Shown: positions 61,917 through 64,000 of the stretch, piece after piece
Position numbering within the stretch: position 1 is the first letter of the stretch
Layout: every line of letters starts with the position of its first letter
NCBI GenBank assembly: GCA_016937215.1
Contig: JAFGWI010000009.1
Location: 1,703 to 65,702, forward strand
Source of the DNA: Spirochaetales bacterium
GTDB taxonomy: Bacteria > Spirochaetota > Spirochaetia > SZUA-6 > JAFGRV01
Length of the DNA: 64,000 bases
Reading direction: 5' to 3'
Notes under the pieces: generated by a model
The model's database searches: none
Told to the model about the DNA's origin: nothing
What the model saw: only the letters and a program-made list of their open reading frames with translations
Made by a program: the position numbers and the translations under genes

Positions 61917-62389
61917 TATTTTTCCGCCTCTTTCTTAGCTTCTTCTAAAATTTCTACAGCTCCACCTGCTTTTTCAATTTTATCCTTTGCGGATTTTGAT
62001 ATCTTATCAATCTTAACATTCAATTTGATAGTTAATTCACCGCGGCCTAAAATCTTCACAGGATAGCGATTAGCATGGATCAATCCCATTGCTTTAAGAC
62101 TGTCTTTGGTTATGCTGTCGCCAGCCTTAAAAACACCAAGATCTTCAATGTTAATAATGTTGTAAGTTTTTTTGAAAGGACAGTTAGAAAAACCTCTTCT
62201 CGCTACGCGTCGATAAAGGGGCATTTGTCCGCCCTCAAAGCCTGGTCTAACGCCACCGCCAGATCGCGCATTCTGACCTTTATCACCACGACAGGCTGTT
62301 CCGCCATGTCCTGTACCTACACCTCTTCCAATTTGTTTTTTATTTCTATTAGCACCTTTTGGAGCTAATAAAATTATTTTTTCAACCAT
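61916..62389 (-). CDS. rplO: 50S ribosomal protein L15.
   Basis: Gly/Arg-rich N-terminus typical of L15. Confidence 0.95.
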   Translation of the reverse strand: MVEKIILLAPKGANRNKKQIGRGVGTGHGGTACRGDKGQNARSGGGVRPGFEGGQMPLYRRVARRGFSNCPFKKTYNIINIEDLGVFKAGDSITKDSLKAMGLIHANRYPVKILGRGELTIKLNVKIDKISKSAKDKIEKAGGAVEILEEAKKEAEK

Positions 62390-62405
62390 TAGTCTCTCCT
62401 ACTTT

Positions 62406-62600
62406 TTATAACTCGGTAACTTCAACTAAATGAGAAATACAGCTTACCATTCCCATAATTGTGGGCGTTGCTTCTTTTTTGACAGTTCGATCAATTTTCT
62501 TTAACCCCAATGCCATTGCTGTAGCCCGTTGATTAGGTTTACTTCCAATTATACTTTTTATTAATTTTATTTCAATCTGTTTTGCCATTGTTAACCCCAC
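62406..62600 (-). CDS. rpmD: 50S ribosomal protein L30. The true start is probably the MAKQ four codons inside the ORF.
   Basis: MAKQIEIKLIKSIIG...RATAMALGL. Confidence 0.85.
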   Translation of the reverse strand: MGLTMAKQIEIKLIKSIIGSKPNQRATAMALGLKKIDRTVKKEATPTIMGMVSCISHLVEVTEL

Positions 62601-63097
62601 ATCTCACTAATCTTTTTGCCTCGGTTTTGTGCGATTTCTTTAGCACTCATAAGATTTTCCAAACCATTAAAAACAGCTTTTAAAATATTCATCGTATTTT
62701 TAGACCCAAGGGATTTGCTTAAAATATCACTTACCCCTACCGCTTCAAGAGCTGCTCTTACTGGACCACCGGCAATAATTCCTGTACCAGGTGCAGCAGG
62801 TTTAAGCATAACTTTAGCACTTTTGTATTCTCCGTAAATCAAATGCGGAATGGTATTTTTTTTCAAATTTATACTTATAATATTTCTCTTTGCTTTATCA
62901 AGACTTTTTTTAATAGCCTCAGACACATCATTTGCTTTGCCAAATCCTAGTCCGATCTTGCCCTTTTGATCACCAACAACAACAAGTGCTGAGAATGAAA
63001 ATCGGCGTCCACCTTTAACAACTTTGGCTACTCGATTTAATCGAACAAGCTTTTCAACAAATTCTTTTTCCATTTTTGCTTCTTTGCGATTATCCAT
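62591..63097 (-). CDS. rpsE: 30S ribosomal protein S5.
   Basis: Conserved S5 dsRBD and C-terminal domain. Confidence 0.95.
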   Translation of the reverse strand: MDNRKEAKMEKEFVEKLVRLNRVAKVVKGGRRFSFSALVVVGDQKGKIGLGFGKANDVSEAIKKSLDKAKRNIISINLKKNTIPHLIYGEYKSAKVMLKPAAPGTGIIAGGPVRAALEAVGVSDILSKSLGSKNTMNILKAVFNGLENLMSAKEIAQNRGKKISEMWG

Positions 63098-63106
63098 ATG
63101 AGCCTC

Positions 63107-63466
63107 CTAAAATTCGATTCCCGATTTTCTGATTGAATCTGCAATAACTTTTACTACACCATGATATTTATAACCATTTCGATCGAAAATTAAGGTCGAT
63201 ATTTTCTTGTCTTTTAAGCGTTTACCCAAAATCTCGCCCAACTTGGCTAATTCTTTTTGATTATTTTTTATACCCCTCGTTTCTTCTTCTGTATTAGAAA
63301 TTGAACACAGGGTATTTCCTTTTGTATCATCTATTGCTTGTAAATAGGTATATTTGTTACTTTTGAAAATGCTTAATCTAGGTCGTTCTGCCGTACCTGA
63401 AATTTTTTTTCTGATACGTACTTTCCTTCTATTTCGCCGATTAATTTTATCTTTTATTCTGTTCAT
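63107..63466 (-). CDS. rplR: 50S ribosomal protein L18.
   Basis: Conserved L18 sequence. Confidence 0.9.
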   Translation of the reverse strand: MNRIKDKINRRNRRKVRIRKKISGTAERPRLSIFKSNKYTYLQAIDDTKGNTLCSISNTEEETRGIKNNQKELAKLGEILGKRLKDKKISTLIFDRNGYKYHGVVKVIADSIRKSGIEF

Positions 63467-63475
63467 AGTGCTATC

Positions 63476-64000
63476 CTATTTGACTCCTGTCTTTCCAACT
63501 TTCTTACGAACCAGTTCATTTTCGTATCGAATACCTTTACCTTTATAGGGCTCTGGCGGTTTATATGCTCTTATTTCAGCACACATCTGGCCAATTTGTT
63601 GTTTATTAATACCAGATACAATAATCTTTGTGTTTGCATCAACACTAACAGTAATACCATTAGGTATGGGATATTCTACTGGGTGGGCGAATCCAAGATG
63701 TAATATAAGATTGTTACCTTTAACCTCAGCTTTATATCCTACTCCGATTATTTGAAGATTGCGTGAAAAGCCCTGAGAAACCCCAATTATCATATTATTG
63801 AGAAGATTCCGATACAAACCATGCATACTCTTAGCTCGTTTACTTTCATTTAAACGATCAACCATCACTTGATTTTCCTGAATATTAAATTTAACTTCAG
63901 GTTTATAGTCCTGTGATAATTTTCCCTTTGGCCCTTCAACATTCATCAAATTATTATTTATATTGATCTTTACTCCAGCGGGTATTTTAATTGGTTTAAA
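63476..64000 (-). CDS. rplF: 50S ribosomal protein L6. The N-terminus runs off the window edge, and the frame stays open to 64000 as ..KPIKIPAGVKININNNLMNVEGPKG.
   Basis: Conserved L6 sequence. The ORF track starts at an internal TTG. Confidence 0.9.
   Translation of the reverse strand, partial: FKPIKIPAGVKININNNLMNVEGPKGKLSQDYKPEVKFNIQENQVMVDRLNESKRAKSMHGLYRNLLNNMIIGVSQGFSRNLQIIGVGYKAEVKGNNLILHLGFAHPVEYPIPNGITVSVDANTKIIVSGINKQQIGQMCAEIRAYKPPEPYKGKGIRYENELVRKKVGKTGVK

Overview
This 64-kb window reads as a conserved chromosomal core region rather than an accessory island. By eye it is moderately AT-rich, and almost every gene lies on the minus strand. Read from high to low coordinate on the minus strand it contains four blocks.

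1. A ribosomal-protein/secY/rpoA cluster: rplF (partial at the 3' edge), rplR, rpsE, rpmD, rplO, secY, rpmJ, rpsM, rpsK, rpsD, rpoA and rplQ. secY runs directly into rpmJ with no adk, map or infA between them.
2. Two unknown membrane proteins (one a 1086-aa acidic giant) followed by rny, ymdB and tlyA.
3. A minimal dcw division cluster: mraZ, rsmH, ftsL, murF, mraY, ftsW, ftsQ, ftsA and ftsZ, followed by xerD, a TPR lipoprotein, dprA, topA, xerC and hslVU.
4. A contiguous flagellar/motility cluster of about 26 kb: flgB, flgC, fliE, fliF, fliG, fliH, fliI, fliJ, flbB/ylxF, fliK, flgD, flgE, flbD, motA, motB, fliL, fliM, fliY, fliO, fliP, fliQ, fliR, flhB, flhA, flhF, flhG, an acidic membrane protein and fliA (sigma-28).

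The overall gene order is what I recall for spirochaetes and for Clostridia-like Firmicutes.

Three things stand out.

- A tightly packed five-gene operon lies immediately downstream of fliA. It encodes a DUF342/FapA-like protein, a small charged protein, a membrane coiled-coil protein, an Hsp70 substrate-binding-domain-only protein with no ATPase domain, and a J-domain protein. This looks like an ATPase-less Hsp70-like module in a flagellar context.
- A family of GC-rich palindromic repeat elements (about 150-190-bp units, often paired as an imperfect palindrome of about 400 bp with a 12-bp terminal inverted repeat GGGCGTTGCCTG) is present in at least four copies. Two copies sit inside the flagellar operon.
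- A 1086-aa two-transmembrane protein has an acidic DEL-rich linker, and its upstream region carries four copies of a TCGACA motif.

rpmJ appears to carry a 1-nt deletion in an A-run. I see no rRNA, tRNA, CRISPR array or transposase in the window.
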